Positions 36,586 to 48,420 of a stretch of 64,000 nucleotides of DNA are shown piece after piece. The first letter of the stretch is position 1, and each line of letters begins with the position of its first letter. Under the pieces are notes generated by a model, which made no database searches, was not told the origin of the DNA, and saw nothing but the letters and a program-made list of their open reading frames with translations. The DNA comes from Camelus ferus (Eukaryota). The translations under genes were made by a program, and so were the position numbers. The stretch is taken from the NCBI RefSeq assembly GCF_009834535.1, contig NC_045697.1:103170001-103234000 (forward strand), in the 5' to 3' direction.

Positions 36586-39258
36586 AATAACAATAATAAT
36601 ATAAAAAGTCAAACAAACTCCAAACACACCTTTTCTCACTCAGAAAACTTTTATAATTTACCAGAAAGACTGATGACTCTTTCCAAAGTGCTAAAAAAAG
36701 TTGCCCAATTACATTAAGCATAACTAAGTCATTCAAATACAAGTTCAGTGGCAAGCATCTGAGCGGTAACCGTCTCCCTCCAACGCCCCTCTTGATCTTG
36801 CAGCTTTCACCCTAGGACCTCGTATTGCACAAGTGGCACACTGTAAAGTCTGCAGTCCTAATTGCCAGGGCCACCCTTCAGGTTTTTAACCTGCTGGTGC
36901 TCACGCCTCTCTGCCAGCCCCTGTGGGATCACTGTGGCCTCCTTTCCTGTTATCACTGAACTTGTAATTTTGAAAGCACAAGATTAGCCAAGTGGCACAT
37001 TCTCCATTAAATGGGGATAAAGACATGCCTTTAAAAAAAAAAAAAAAACCAACCAACCCAGAAGCCCAGTATTCTTGGAGTGTATTGTCTGTAACTGTCT
37101 ATAGTGTCTTTTACCGAGACATCACGAGGGCAACGTTGAATGACGTGTCAAACGTGGCCAAGAACAAATGTCTCTGCTGGAAGATGACCGAAGGTGCGGG
37201 AGCTTCCCGCCCTAGCTGGCTCAGCCTCCCTGCCCCCGGGGACATCTCCTTAGTGTAAACAGCTTTGCCAGGGCTGGATGACTGGCCAAGGGAAGTGTTA
37301 GCACACCTGCTAAGTCTGGGGGAAGAAGGGTGGGTACGGGGGAGGACCATGGTGTGGACAGAAGTTACAGACTTCTGGCTTCCGGTAGAACGGTACCAGT
37401 TTCAAGGGGGAGCTTTCAGTGAAGCAAACTGACTAGAGGAAGAAAATTAGGGACGCTTTTATTTTCCCCTGGTGAAACAGACGGAAAAAAAAAAATCCCA
37501 ACTCTAGGATAACACATGATGGAAACCAGCAACGCAGTAAGAAAGCATTCCTCCCATACACCAGTTCTTCGATAGATAAATAATAGATAAAACTTTTATA
37601 TTCCGAACTTCCCATTGTTATACAAAGCACATTTTTTTTTTCCTGTTCTTTCAGCCTGTTTCATCCTGGAAATCCTGTTGTCTTAAAAACACAAGCCATT
37701 AACATATTTAGCCAAAGGTTCTGTTCCTTTTCTTCTTCTTACATACCCATTGCTTTTTAAGAACAGCAAAGGGGCTATGCAACCCACCCGCACCTGCTTC
37801 TTGCTGCAATAAAGTGCTGCACATAAGTTGCCATTTTAATGACCACAAAATAAGAGCTTTAAATAAGTATAAAGTTAGCCTCCTAGCAGGTTATGTCTAC
37901 CAGGCGTTAACAAAATGGAATACAGAATTATTAATAACATGGAGAATACCGCCATAGCCAGACAATCCGCAAACACAATGGAAACGTCTCAGGGGTATAA
38001 ACTGAACCGTAGGACTAAACAGCACCTTTTTGTTGGGTCGTTATATGTCAAAGAGTTTGTGACAAAAGTTTCAAACATACAGTCTACTCATTCCATAAAA
38101 AAGGTACATTTTCTTCCTTTTATTTTACTTATTTCTTTTTTGCAGATGAGAAACAAAAACTAGTGCAAGACCAGAGCACTGTGCAAAACTGCCGTTTCTT
38201 TTTTTTTTTTTCTTTTTTCTTTTTTTTTTTAGTCTGAGCATTTATACCCAGAATTTATCCAAACCCCTTTTAATCTCCTTGGCTGGATTTATCAACCATA
38301 AAATTTTTCACTCATACAATTTTTCTTTTCCTGCAAACAAATGGTAACCATGACTTAATACATCATATATATATATAATCTGCCCTTAAAAAATGATGCA
38401 CTGTGTGTGTGTGTAGCATACACACTGCATACGTATGGACACACACACAAAACACACTGGAGTTTTGTGGTGCGGGCTGCAGTGCTGCGAGACATTTCTT
38501 CCACACGAGGGCTCTTGATGGCTAGTGTCTTCATGACCAGAGATCGGAGCACATGGTCTCCAGGACTCTGTGGGAAATCTCAGGCAGCACTGAGGATGTC
38601 CACCGTTCCTTCATCGACTAAGCACCAGGCCCTACCACTCTGTAGCCATAAAATAGAGGAAGGTAATGAGGGAGCTCAGGGAAGTGACTGGTGTGGATGA
38701 AAGTCCTGGGGGGTGGGGGTGGGGGTGGGGGGGGAGAGAGAATGTTCATCGCTGTGAAAGAAGCCAGTACAAAGAATGTGCAAATGTCCCGGCACAGGAC
38801 ACATGGAGGTCTCTTTCCAAATCCACAAACGCCCACTCACCACATTCACCCAACGGAAAATAAAATGCACCGGTGTAGAAGCTTACAAGGGCTGATTGCT
38901 AGTAAGGACACTCCCTTCAGGGTTTAACGAGACAAATTTCCTTTCAGATAAAAGGACCGAGGAGGGCTGAGAGTGAGAGTGGGTGGCTGGGGAGGCATGC
39001 CTCTGAAGGTAGACGGGCGCAGTAGGTCACCTCTCTGAAGATTGGATAAAGCAGCTTTCAGGTCAATGCAATAGGTATACACACAGAGCCAATTCTCTAT
39101 TCCTTACTAAAGATATACAGTACACGTGGTTCAGACCCATGGGAGTCTGTAGGTTTTGCAGCAACATACACCTGCTGGGGTTGTGTTTAAGTTTTGTGGG
39201 TTTTGTTTTTGTTTGTTTTTGTCTGTCTCTTGGTTTTTGGTACAGAGCCTGGCTGCCC

Positions 39259-40087
39259 TCAGACAGTCTCCGCTCTTTCTCTTAGTCCGAGATAGGCGAG
39301 GAAGGAGTGTTTCGGGGAGGGGATGCTGGGCGGCGCAGTCTGAGGTCGGGGAGGGTGGAATGTGAGATCCAGCTGGTTCTTGGGGTACAACATGGTCAAG
39401 GGAATGAGATGGGCAAAATCCGAGTTCCGGTACTTGTCGAAGCGCAAAGGGGAGCCGTTCAAGGGCAAGGCCTTGAGTGCCAGGCTGGGCTCGGAGCCGC
39501 CCCCGCCGCTGCCGACGGCCGACAGGGCCACGGTCTGCAGAGCCTGGGAGGCGGACATGACCGACAGGGGAGACAGGAGGTGGCGGGAGCTCCCGACGAC
39601 GAGGAGCGGGGCCCCAGGGCCGGCGGCGTCCTTGGCGGGGGCCGGGCTCGGACCCTTCTTGTCCTCCTCGGGGCAGTCCGCGCTCTGGTGCTTCTTGACG
39701 TGGCGGCTGAAGACGAAAGGGTGCGTGGTCTTGAACAGGCACTCTTCGCAGCTGAAGGTCTGGCGCGGGGCGTGCTTCAGCTTCTTGTGCAGGTTGAGAT
39801 TGTCCTTGCGTTTGCAGCTGTAGCTGCACTGGTCACAGTGGAAGGGCCGCTCCCCGGTGTGCACGCGCACGTGCTCGATGAGCTTGTTGGCGGTCTTGGA
39901 CAGGTAGCCGCACTGGTCGCACTTGTAGTGGTTGCCGAGGCGATGCTCGCGGGTGTGCGTCTCCAGCTCCAGCTGGTTGGCCTTCACCGTCTGGCAGATC
40001 CGGCACTTGTACTCCATCTTGTAGTGGGTCTTGAGGTGGCACTCCATGGCGGCGGGGCGGTTGGTGGAATAAATGCAGAATGGGCAC
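39259..40087 (-). CDS. ZNF827: ZNF827 terminal exon coding part (long isoform): five C2H2 fingers plus tail ending YLGLRERAETV*
   Basis: Acceptor ttgccccctcccccggcag|GTGCCC; ORF with five C-x2-C-x12-H-x3/4-H motifs and a TGERPF linker; in frame with the 43554 donor (AA|G TGC = K C). Confidence 0.95.
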
Positions 40088-41539
40088 CTGCCGGGGGAGG
40101 GGGCAAGCAAGGACAGGGAGGGTCAGCCGCGCGGGCTCTGCGGTCCCCCGGTTGCTACCCTCCTCACCAGCCTTCCCTCTGGACGCCCTCCCCAGCCTGA
40201 GGCCTGGCCTGCCCCCTGTCCAGCCCAGCCCTGCCGCCTCCGGAGGGATGAAGAAGACCCTCTTAGGCTCTGGTTGCCGACAGAGCCTTCCCTCGGGCTT
40301 GCTCGGGGGTCTCCTGGCTGCAAGAGCGGACGCCAGCCCTCAGGAAGGGGAGCAGAGACAGTGCCAGGACCAGATAAGCTGTTGCTCCCCTCCGTCCTCC
40401 CCACCCCGCCCCTCGGAGCCCTCCCCGCTCCCCACTGGACACAGCCGAGGTCTAAACCTCACGACCTCCCCTCAAGATGGGAGCAACACAAAGAATCGAC
40501 TTTTCATGCACCACACCAAGCACACGCAGAAAGGCTAAGAGTTTTAAAGAACAGCTTATAGTGGGGAGAGCTACCTCCAGCAAACAGAAAGTCGTAGGGG
40601 TCAGAGTCGTGCTTATTAAAGGGTGGTTAGGATGAGAAGGCCTGTGTGTGTCACTGTGTGTGGGAGTGCGTGTATCCACAGAGATCTGTACTGGTCAAAC
40701 CTGGCTCCTGCAGCACTGGGTCTCCATAGGGAAGGGAGGTGAGGACCAGGACCTGGGCTCAGGAGAAGGAGGCCCACCCACCAGCCCACCTACGAATGAG
40801 GGACTCAGGAGGAAGGGGGACAGCTGCTATCTGGAGCTTGAAGACATTATGAGTGCCTTATTACATCATGGAAATAATAATCCAAGGGGATCGTAAATTC
40901 TCATTGGGCAGGACCGTATCTCCCGTTTCTTCTGCATTCTCTGCAGTGCTCGGTAGAGGACTCAGCACGTGATGGGTACTGATTCAATACGGGACTGGTC
41001 TGTACACGTAATTTAGGCAGATTCCATAAGGGCTGATTTTGGTCCCGGCTCTGTCACCTTATCGGGCTCTAGGCTAGCTGTGCGCTGGGACCAAGCCTGG
41101 GCCTCTCCATTCTACGCAGTGAGGCTACGCTACCCCCAAGCCCCACTGGCTGTCCAAAGGGGCGAGGCAGGCAGAGAGGGCATGTTTCTGCAAGTTCTGC
41201 TGAGCTGCGCTCGCAGAAGCTGCCAGGCTCGAGTCGGTGGCTGATATGATAGCTGTGGCGTGTGTGCTCTCTTTACAAAAAGAAGGCAAGTGCAAAAGTG
41301 GCGGCCTCGGCTCTCGCTTGGCACCTGCAGGGCAGGGCCCACGAGTGAACTGTCCTCGGAGGGTTTGGAGAGGTGTCCAGCAGAGCCCAACACACCAAGT
41401 GCACCGTGCACTGCTCCTCAGCGCCAAGCCCGCCGTTAGCCTCGGAACCTCAGCTCACAGAAGAGTGCACACGAGAGAAATATAAAGCCCATTCCCAGGT
41501 CAGGTGCACACACAACCCCTACGCCAAGCTGGGCCTTAC

Positions 41540-41572
41540 CTAGAGGAGTCTGAAACTCACCACTGTCCTGAG
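41540..41572 (-). CDS. ZNF827: ZNF827 33-nt alternative exon giving C-terminus ...GGLNSGQW*
   Basis: Acceptor tttttcttttgccgtag|, donor |gtaagg; AA+C TCA GGA CAG TGG TGA; matches the recalled human short-isoform C-terminus. Confidence 0.88.
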   Translation of the reverse strand, partial: LRTVVSFRLL

Positions 41573-41856
41573 CTACGGCAAAAGAAAAATAATAGTATAA
41601 TCTTATTTGATCTGCATTATGAACAGGATATAGAGTACAAGCAGTTCCATCACAGAAAAGCAATTTAGACATCGGCGGTCTGTTTCATTTTAAGGACATT
41701 TCTGTGACCCACGGCTCAATCTTTCTTTCGCGGCTCAGGCAAAGTGCTAAGGGTTTTTCCGTGCTCCCGTTAGTTATCGTAAAGACACTCTCTCAGGCAA
41801 ATTAATTCTCTGATATGGCAAAGGGAAAAACAAAACAAAACAAAACAAAGACTCAC

Positions 41857-41923
41857 TGTATAGCCAGAAGGCATTAGCAATTTTTTCAAAGTATTCTTCT
41901 ACTTGGTCATCCTAGAACATAAA
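41857..41923 (-). CDS. ZNF827: ZNF827 candidate 67-nt alternative exon giving ...GGLNLCSRMTK* (coding 41899-41923)
   Basis: Branch-like gctaat, aatag| acceptor, AA+T TTA TGT TCT AGG ATG ACC AAG TAG, donor |gtgagt at 41851-41856; pyrimidine tract is weak. Confidence 0.65.
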
Positions 41924-43553
41924 CTATTACATAGGGGACCATTAGCACCGCACGGGAAGTGTCTGTATCCGCAAAAGCATCAGCGTTCACTGTGCATTCT
42001 CCCCAGTGGGCCGGAGGCTCTGGACTCCTGAGGTCCCCAAAGGAAAGGGGACCTAACTGGCGAAGCCACAACTGGCCGGGGCCGCAGTTAATGGGTGTGA
42101 CTGGGCTACTGGGAAGAGGGATGGGTGCTAGTCCAACCACATAAATACATGGCTCTTTTTTTTTTTTTAGGGTAAAAGTATACAAATGTTTAGAAAGGGA
42201 CAGTGGGAACAAAACAAATCAAATTCCCAAATAAGCTCTTGCTAGGCATTAACCACCCCTCCCCCCATTCTTCTTCTCTTCCCCACCCCTCCCACCTAAT
42301 CGCCCCTCTCCCCAGAGTGAAATAAAATGGGATCCAACAGTAGGTGCTGCTCCTTGGGCAAGTTTTTGAGGAGGCCCCCCCCTGACCAGGCAGGAGCCTG
42401 GGGAGTCCACCCTGACTTGCCCCCCACCCCCCACTTGACTCCCAACCTCCCTCTGGGTCTCTCCACCCCTCGGCCATTCAGAGGAGTCATGCCACCTCTC
42501 TGGCAAGTTGTGAGTTTCAAAGATAAAAATGTTCAAAAATAATTTTTTTTTTCTTAAGTAAAACGTCATGTTTCATTCTTTTAATTACATGATCATCTTA
42601 GCTAAACATGAATAATTAGGCCTGGAAGTTGACGTGTGTTTCTGTCCCCAGTGACACATGCTTCTATCTCTTTACTAGCCCGTGAGCGCCTTGAGAACTG
42701 GGACTCTGATTTTAGAAGCACTGGGATTAAACTCTGGTAGCGTTCGGACGAACGTTTCCCAAGAGTGGAAATTATGTTTTATTCTTTGTTTGCCCTTTAG
42801 CACCTATTATCAAGCCAGACACACAGTGCATTCGTTAATAACGGATGGGTCTCACTTCAGACCAGAGGGCTCCTTGCAAATATTGGTTAATGATGATGCT
42901 TGGTGTCTAGGTCTTTGGGGATCTGTGACTAACATGTGCCCAGAAATGTCAGATCTCACTGAAGGCTACACCAGGGAGATCCCGATTCCAGTTCCTGGGA
43001 AGGCATGAAGCATCTTTGCAGGAAGACAGGAGGCACATGATCTTTGCATAAAAAAAAAAAAGTTGCCTCCTGCCTGTTCAAACTGACAAAAGATCCAATA
43101 TTTGTGGGTGGGTGTGGATGGAGCAGTTGTAATGCTTATTTAGAAGACTTGTGGCAAATCATCTGAAAAAACAGAGATGGTGAAGTGCAGTGACAGCGTA
43201 ATAATTTACACGTGAGGACCCTAACCCCAAGTCCCTTAAAATCAAGTCTGGACAAAACTCAAGCAGCGGAGGATGAGTCTACCCTTGCGTGCTCGTGCCG
43301 AGTTGCTTCAACGAGTCGTCTTGCTTGCCGGAATCCCGGCATATTTGTGGAATGCACTTTCCTACTGACATCTGCTGACCCCTGGGAGACAGGTCTATTC
43401 CTCTCCAGCTAAAGGCAGCTGAGGTGCCTAACTCCCCCCATGCCAACCCCCCTCCCCATGACCCCCAAAACCCTCAGGTGGGGGACGGGGCAGGGCTGGG
43501 GAAAGGGTGTTTAATAACAACACAGTAAAAGGTTCTGTACTTGCTTTCCTTAC

Positions 43554-43731
43554 TTGAGCCCACCGGTGGGGACAGTGTGGCATTTCTTATGCTCCAGCAG
43601 CTGTTCAGGGGTCTTCATGAACTTGTGGCACACGTCACACTCAAACATCCGGGTGATGAGGTGTATCTGCAGATGGCGCTCAAACATGTTCTTCGTCTTG
43701 CAGACAAAGTTGCAAAAAACGCATTCGAACC
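43554..43731 (-). CDS. ZNF827: ZNF827 exon GFECVFC...HKKCHTVPTGGL (two C2H2 fingers)
   Basis: tcctttcag| and |gtaagg, 178 nt, phases match the neighbouring exons. Confidence 0.97.
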
Positions 43732-44088
43732 CTGAAAGGACCAAGACTGGGTGTACAGGTGCGTGGGGCAGAGGAACAGGAGGGTGGGAGTCGGGCGGCC
43801 CTCCCCGCTCCTGCTCCCCTCCAGCTAGACCCTTCCAGGTACTGTGCCCTGCATCTCCATGCTAAAAGGAGTTAGCGGAATTAATACCACACTCCCCATC
43901 CTTCCACCCCACACTGGGATGTAAATCAAGCCAAAAAAACATACCCAAATTGTAGATGATACATATTAGGTTGTTCTCAGGCTTCGTATTTATTTTCCAA
44001 CATCGCTTCTCTCAAGGGCTTATTCTTAAGACTGCACATCCCCCAACACCGTGTAGGGCTGAGCCGGCCAGCCCACCTCCTCCCTTAC

Positions 44089-44280
44089 CCTTCTCTGGCT
44101 TTTCCTCACTGTTCAGTGAGGGCTGGCTCCCGGGCACGACCGAGATGACCAGCAGGTTGTTTCCGCTCTTGTTTTTCTGGGAGCTGTCGGAATCGTCCTT
44201 GCTGTTGGCTGAATCACTCAGAGCGGAGAGGGAGGATGAAGAGGGGCTGTTTGATTCACTAGGGGTCTTCCTGTCTTCCC
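44089..44280 (-). CDS. ZNF827: ZNF827 exon GEDRKTPSESNSPSSSS...EEKPEK (Ser-rich linker)
   Basis: ttaattttcag| and |gtaagg, 192 nt, open frame joining the flanking zinc-finger exons. Confidence 0.95.
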
Positions 44281-44529
44281 CTGAAAATTAAAACAAACAA
44301 AGAAACCCCAGGTCTGTTATTTAGGAGATGAAAACCCTAGAATAACAGCAGTGATGGGGGCAGGGAGCTGGGGCCTCATGGCCACATCATCACCCAGGGA
44401 GCACAGGCTGAGGTTTCCAGCTGTCCCAGTGCTGGACCTGTGGTGAGGGTACTTGTGGTTCATGGGCCAGGAGTAGATATTCATTTATTTGACAAGTGTT
44501 TATTGGGATCTTATAATAATTAAAATAAA

Positions 44530-44760
44530 AATGACAATAATAGCTAAGATGGACATGTTACTGAGTGTGAGGAACTGTGTCATGCTTGAAATGCATTATC
44601 TCATTTTATCCTCTCCAAAACCCAAAGAGGCATGACTGTTGTCACCCCCATCTTGCAGACGAGGGGAAGGAGGCAGTCAGGTTAACTCGGCCTCGGTCAC
44701 ATGGCTAGGAAGTGGCAGAGCAGAGATTTCAGCAGGTCAGGCTCTAGTGTCCGTCGTCTT
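44530..44760 (-). mobile_element. MIR SINE
   Basis: Core motif attatctcattttatcct...ccccatcttgcagacgagg...ggtcacatggctaggaagtggcagagc. Confidence 0.75.
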
Positions 44761-44899
44761 CATCAGTGGTTGTCACAGAATTGGATACAAGGCAGTGAAG
44801 AAGAGGGACCTCTGAGAGAGAAGAAAGAAAAGAGGTGGGCCCTCCGACTGTCCTGCTTCCTGCCTTGAGAGACTTTTCTTCCCAGGCTGCAGTGCAGGG

Positions 44900-46560
44900 A
44901 TGGGGACCTGCCCAGCAAACTCACTGAGATGAGAAGAGAGAGCTGAGGATTTGAGGACATCAATATGACAGGACTTTGCAGGACAGAGCAGCACAGGAGA
45001 GGAACTCAGACACCTGCAGAGGGGCCCCCAAGGGCATTCAGCAGTGTAGGGATCAGAGCACGTGTGTGAGGAAATTGCCCAAAGTTGGAGGGAAAAAAAA
45101 GCCATCTGAAAGGCTTAGTGAATAGGGTCCATTTCCAATGGCCAGATTAGAAAAACTCATAATTCCCGAGGCATTGGACAGAAAATCAAGAAAGATCTTT
45201 TAACACTGGGTAATGATTAGCCCTAGAGGGGTCACTGCTTCAGACCTGCCTGACAAATCATTAAAGCCAAAAGGATCAAAGTTTCCAAGTAATTAACAGC
45301 ATCCTAAGACAAAGGTCAAGCATATTTCTAGGAATATAAAATATCCAGCACCCAGCAAGGGAAAAACTGCAATGTCTGACATATAAACAAAGATTACCAG
45401 GCATGCCAGGAAACAAGAAAGCACAACCCCAAATGGGAAGAATAAGCAACCAATCAAAACTGACCCGGAACTGAGAAAGTTGTTAGAATCTGCAGACAAG
45501 GACGTAAGCACAGGTTTGGTAACTGTACTCCGTATGCTCAAAAAGTTAAGCAGAGATATAAAAGAGATTAAAAAGACCCAATCTAAATTTCTAGAGTTGA
45601 AAATTACAGTGTCAGAGATGAAAAATACCCTGGATGGGACTGCCAGCAATTTAGACATGGCAGAAGAAAGATGAGTGAACTTGAAGATACTAGCAACAGA
45701 AATGATCTGAAATGAAACACAGAAAAAAGAACCACAAAAAATGAAAAGAGAATCAGTGAGCTACCTGTTTGGGTAGATTAATATAGGTTTTACTGAAGTC
45801 CCTTATGGGGTGGGGAGGGCAGGAAAAATATTTGAAAACGTCAACATTTTTCCCAATTTGAGGTAAACCACAAACCCAGAGATCCAAGAAACACAACAAA
45901 CCCCAAGCACCAGGAAGATGATGAAATCTATACCAAGGCACATCGTAATCAAACTGCTCAAAGCCAGTGATAAAGAAAAAGATCCTAAAAGCAGCCAGAG
46001 GAAAAAGGATACGTTATGTGCAGAGGAACAAAAATAAGCGTACAGCAGATTTCTCCCTGGATGTTAAGCAATGAAAGAAATGACTGTCAACCTGAAACTT
46101 TACATCCAGTGAAAATATATTTCAAATACAAAAGCAAAAAAAAAAAAAAAAAAAAAAAGCTGAAAGAATTCATCACCAGCAGACTCAAATTACCAGAAAT
46201 GTTAAAAGAAATTCTTCAGGCAGAAGGAAAAAGACACCACCTGTGAAAAATGGATCTACACAAAAGAATGAAGAACACTAGACATGATGACCACATGGAT
46301 AGATGAGTTTTTCTTCTTAAAACAGGTATAATAGGTTTATGACAATAATAACATAAAGGCTGGGAGAGGAGAAATCATTGTGCAGCTCTCATACTATCTA
46401 TGAAGTGTTATAATATCACTTGACATATACAGTAATAAATAAAAAATGTACACCATAAACCCCAAATAACTGGAGGGCTATATACACTGTTCATGTTCAG
46501 GAGACTCCATATAGTTAAGACATCAATTCTCCCCAAGCCAATTCAATGCAACCCCATAAT
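44900..46560 (+). mobile_element. Old LINE-1 (L1MC/L1M4-like) 5' UTR and ORF1 remnant
   Basis: Degenerate ORF1-like peptide (KKTQSKFLELKITVSEMKNTLDG..; PRHIVIKLLK; LKEFITSRLKLPEMLKEILQ) with stops and frameshifts. Confidence 0.85.
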
Positions 46561-47924
46561 TTCAGGTTACGGTAGAAAATATAAGAAGACCATGCTTCAG
46601 TTCCCTTCACATCAGTCAATTAAGTCATCGAGTGATTGGAAGCTCTAGAAACAAACTTCCTTTATTAGGGGATAAAAAAAACAAGTCACATTTTTTATAT
46701 GGGCATAAAAAGTCCAGAAGTAAACAAACATGTAACGGTGGTCACAGCTAGTGTGAGAAATGATCAGCGTTAGGCTTGTTTTCTTTGATTTGGTTTTCAA
46801 AATTTTCTAGAGTGACCATACGTTACTTTTCCAACCAAAAAAAGTTTTTAAAAAGAGGAAGGAAAACTATTTACCTGCTTATAAGATTTTAAGTCCTGTT
46901 CCAGTCAGAGCTGCCCATATGCCCAGAGCGGGCAACTCTTACTTCAGTTTATAGTTTTTAAAATCTTGTTCCCTAGCAGAAATGAACTTGGTTGAGTACG
47001 TGACCTCCCTTAGGGAGTATATACCTTTACCATATATTCTTCTCTTGGTACAAGGAAAGCCAGCACCATTACTGCCAGTCTCTTATCTAAATATGTAACC
47101 AGCTCAGTCACATTTTGTAGACAGAGAATATTTTCAGTGGGAGCCCTGAGTCCCTGACGCTATTTACCAAATCCATTCTCTAAGACTGGCCTGGCCAGTA
47201 GAATATTGCAGATGGTTATTTTAATCTTGTTTTTCAAGTTAAAATAGATAATTTTAATGACCACCTTGGAGAACAGCTCCAAGTACCCTCAGGCTTATGG
47301 CACCAAGGAGAGCTACCTAAATGAATAAATTTACAAATATCCAGGTGCCACGGAAGGCACTTTGGGAAGCAGCCCAGCCTGCTTGATTTGTAATGGCAGG
47401 TCTATCTGGCATCCTCTCCTCTCGGTCCCCATCTCCTTCCAGTCTCTCTTAGGGAGTGAGCCAGGGTGTCCTTGTCAACCCAACCCAAGGCTCTCATTGT
47501 GATCCCAGGGGTCACTGATCTGCAGCATCACAGAGATTTCTGGTGAACGACACCCGTGCATGGGTAATGCAACCTCAAACACTAGGATGGCCAACTAAAG
47601 AGAACTTTAAAAATCTGAAGATTTTCTAATTGAAAATGACACACGTTGAGAAATTGAGACTTTATAAAAGAGTACCAACCAATTTGCTGCCTCAGTACAA
47701 GCACCATTACATTTTTGGTGTTCTTCTTTTTATTTTTCAAAAAGGAAGCATCTCAAGGAAACTGATCTCTCCTCAGGTCTCAGAATGAACACAGCCTCAC
47801 CAACATCTTGATTTTATTCCCGTAAGACTAGTCTGAGACTTCCGGCCTACAGAACTATAAGATAATAAATTTCTGTGATTTTAAGCACCCCCCCCCCCAA
47901 AGTAAGCATCTCTATTTTAAAACT

Positions 47925-48150
47925 GTTGATACACATTACTATATACAAAACAGATAAACCACAAGGACCTCCTGTATAGCACAGGAAACTATATTCAATT
48001 TATTGTAATAACATATAAGGGAAAAGAATCTGAAAAGGAAGTATCTATGTATGTATATGTACAACTGAATATTTTGCTGTACACCTGTAACTCACATTGT
48101 AAATCAACTACACTTCAATGAAAAAGAAAATTAAAAGTAAATAAATAAAG
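47925..48150 (+). mobile_element. Cetartiodactyl L1 3' end
   Basis: aaacagataaaccacaaggacctcctgtatagcacagg...ttgtaaatcaactacacttcaat plus an A tail. Confidence 0.85.
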
Positions 48151-48164
48151 GTATTGCCATTAAT

Positions 48165-48420
48165 TGCATAGTGGTTCAGAATAAGGACTTTAGATTCAGA
48201 ATATTTGACTTTGAATGCCACCTATACCCCTTAGTAGCTGTATGACCTGGGACAAAGATTTAACTTTGTGCCTCAATTATCTCATTCATCTAAAAAAAGG
48301 GGCTAATTTCAGCACCTGCCTCATATGTTTGTTGTGAGGATTAAATGGGCTTTTATACGCAAAGCACTAAGAGCAATGCCTGGCTCGTGGTAAGCATTAT
48401 TGAAGAATATGTCATTATTA
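48165..48420 (+). mobile_element. MIR SINE
   Basis: tagctgtatgacctgggacaaag...tgtgcctcaattatctc...ttgttgtgaggattaaatg...aaagcactaagagcaatgcctggc. Confidence 0.8.

Larger units (their letters stand above)
36110..39258 (-). other. ZNF827: ZNF827 3' UTR (~3.1 kb)
   Basis: No recognisable transposon relics between the stop codon and a poly(A) signal cluster; the distal end is inferred from the hexamer and downstream elements. Confidence 0.75.

Noticed and set aside
38708..38734. G-quadruplex-forming G runs
   Set aside because: G-rich on the + strand, so absent from the ZNF827 mRNA; a common low-complexity motif with no further support.
39131..40200. 297-aa antisense ORF and 232-aa alternative-frame ORF
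   Set aside because: Shadows of the GC3-rich ZNF827 terminal exon; the zinc-finger frame explains the sequence.
45293..46246. Coiled-coil-like ORFs
   Set aside because: Decayed L1 ORF1 fragments, not a host gene.
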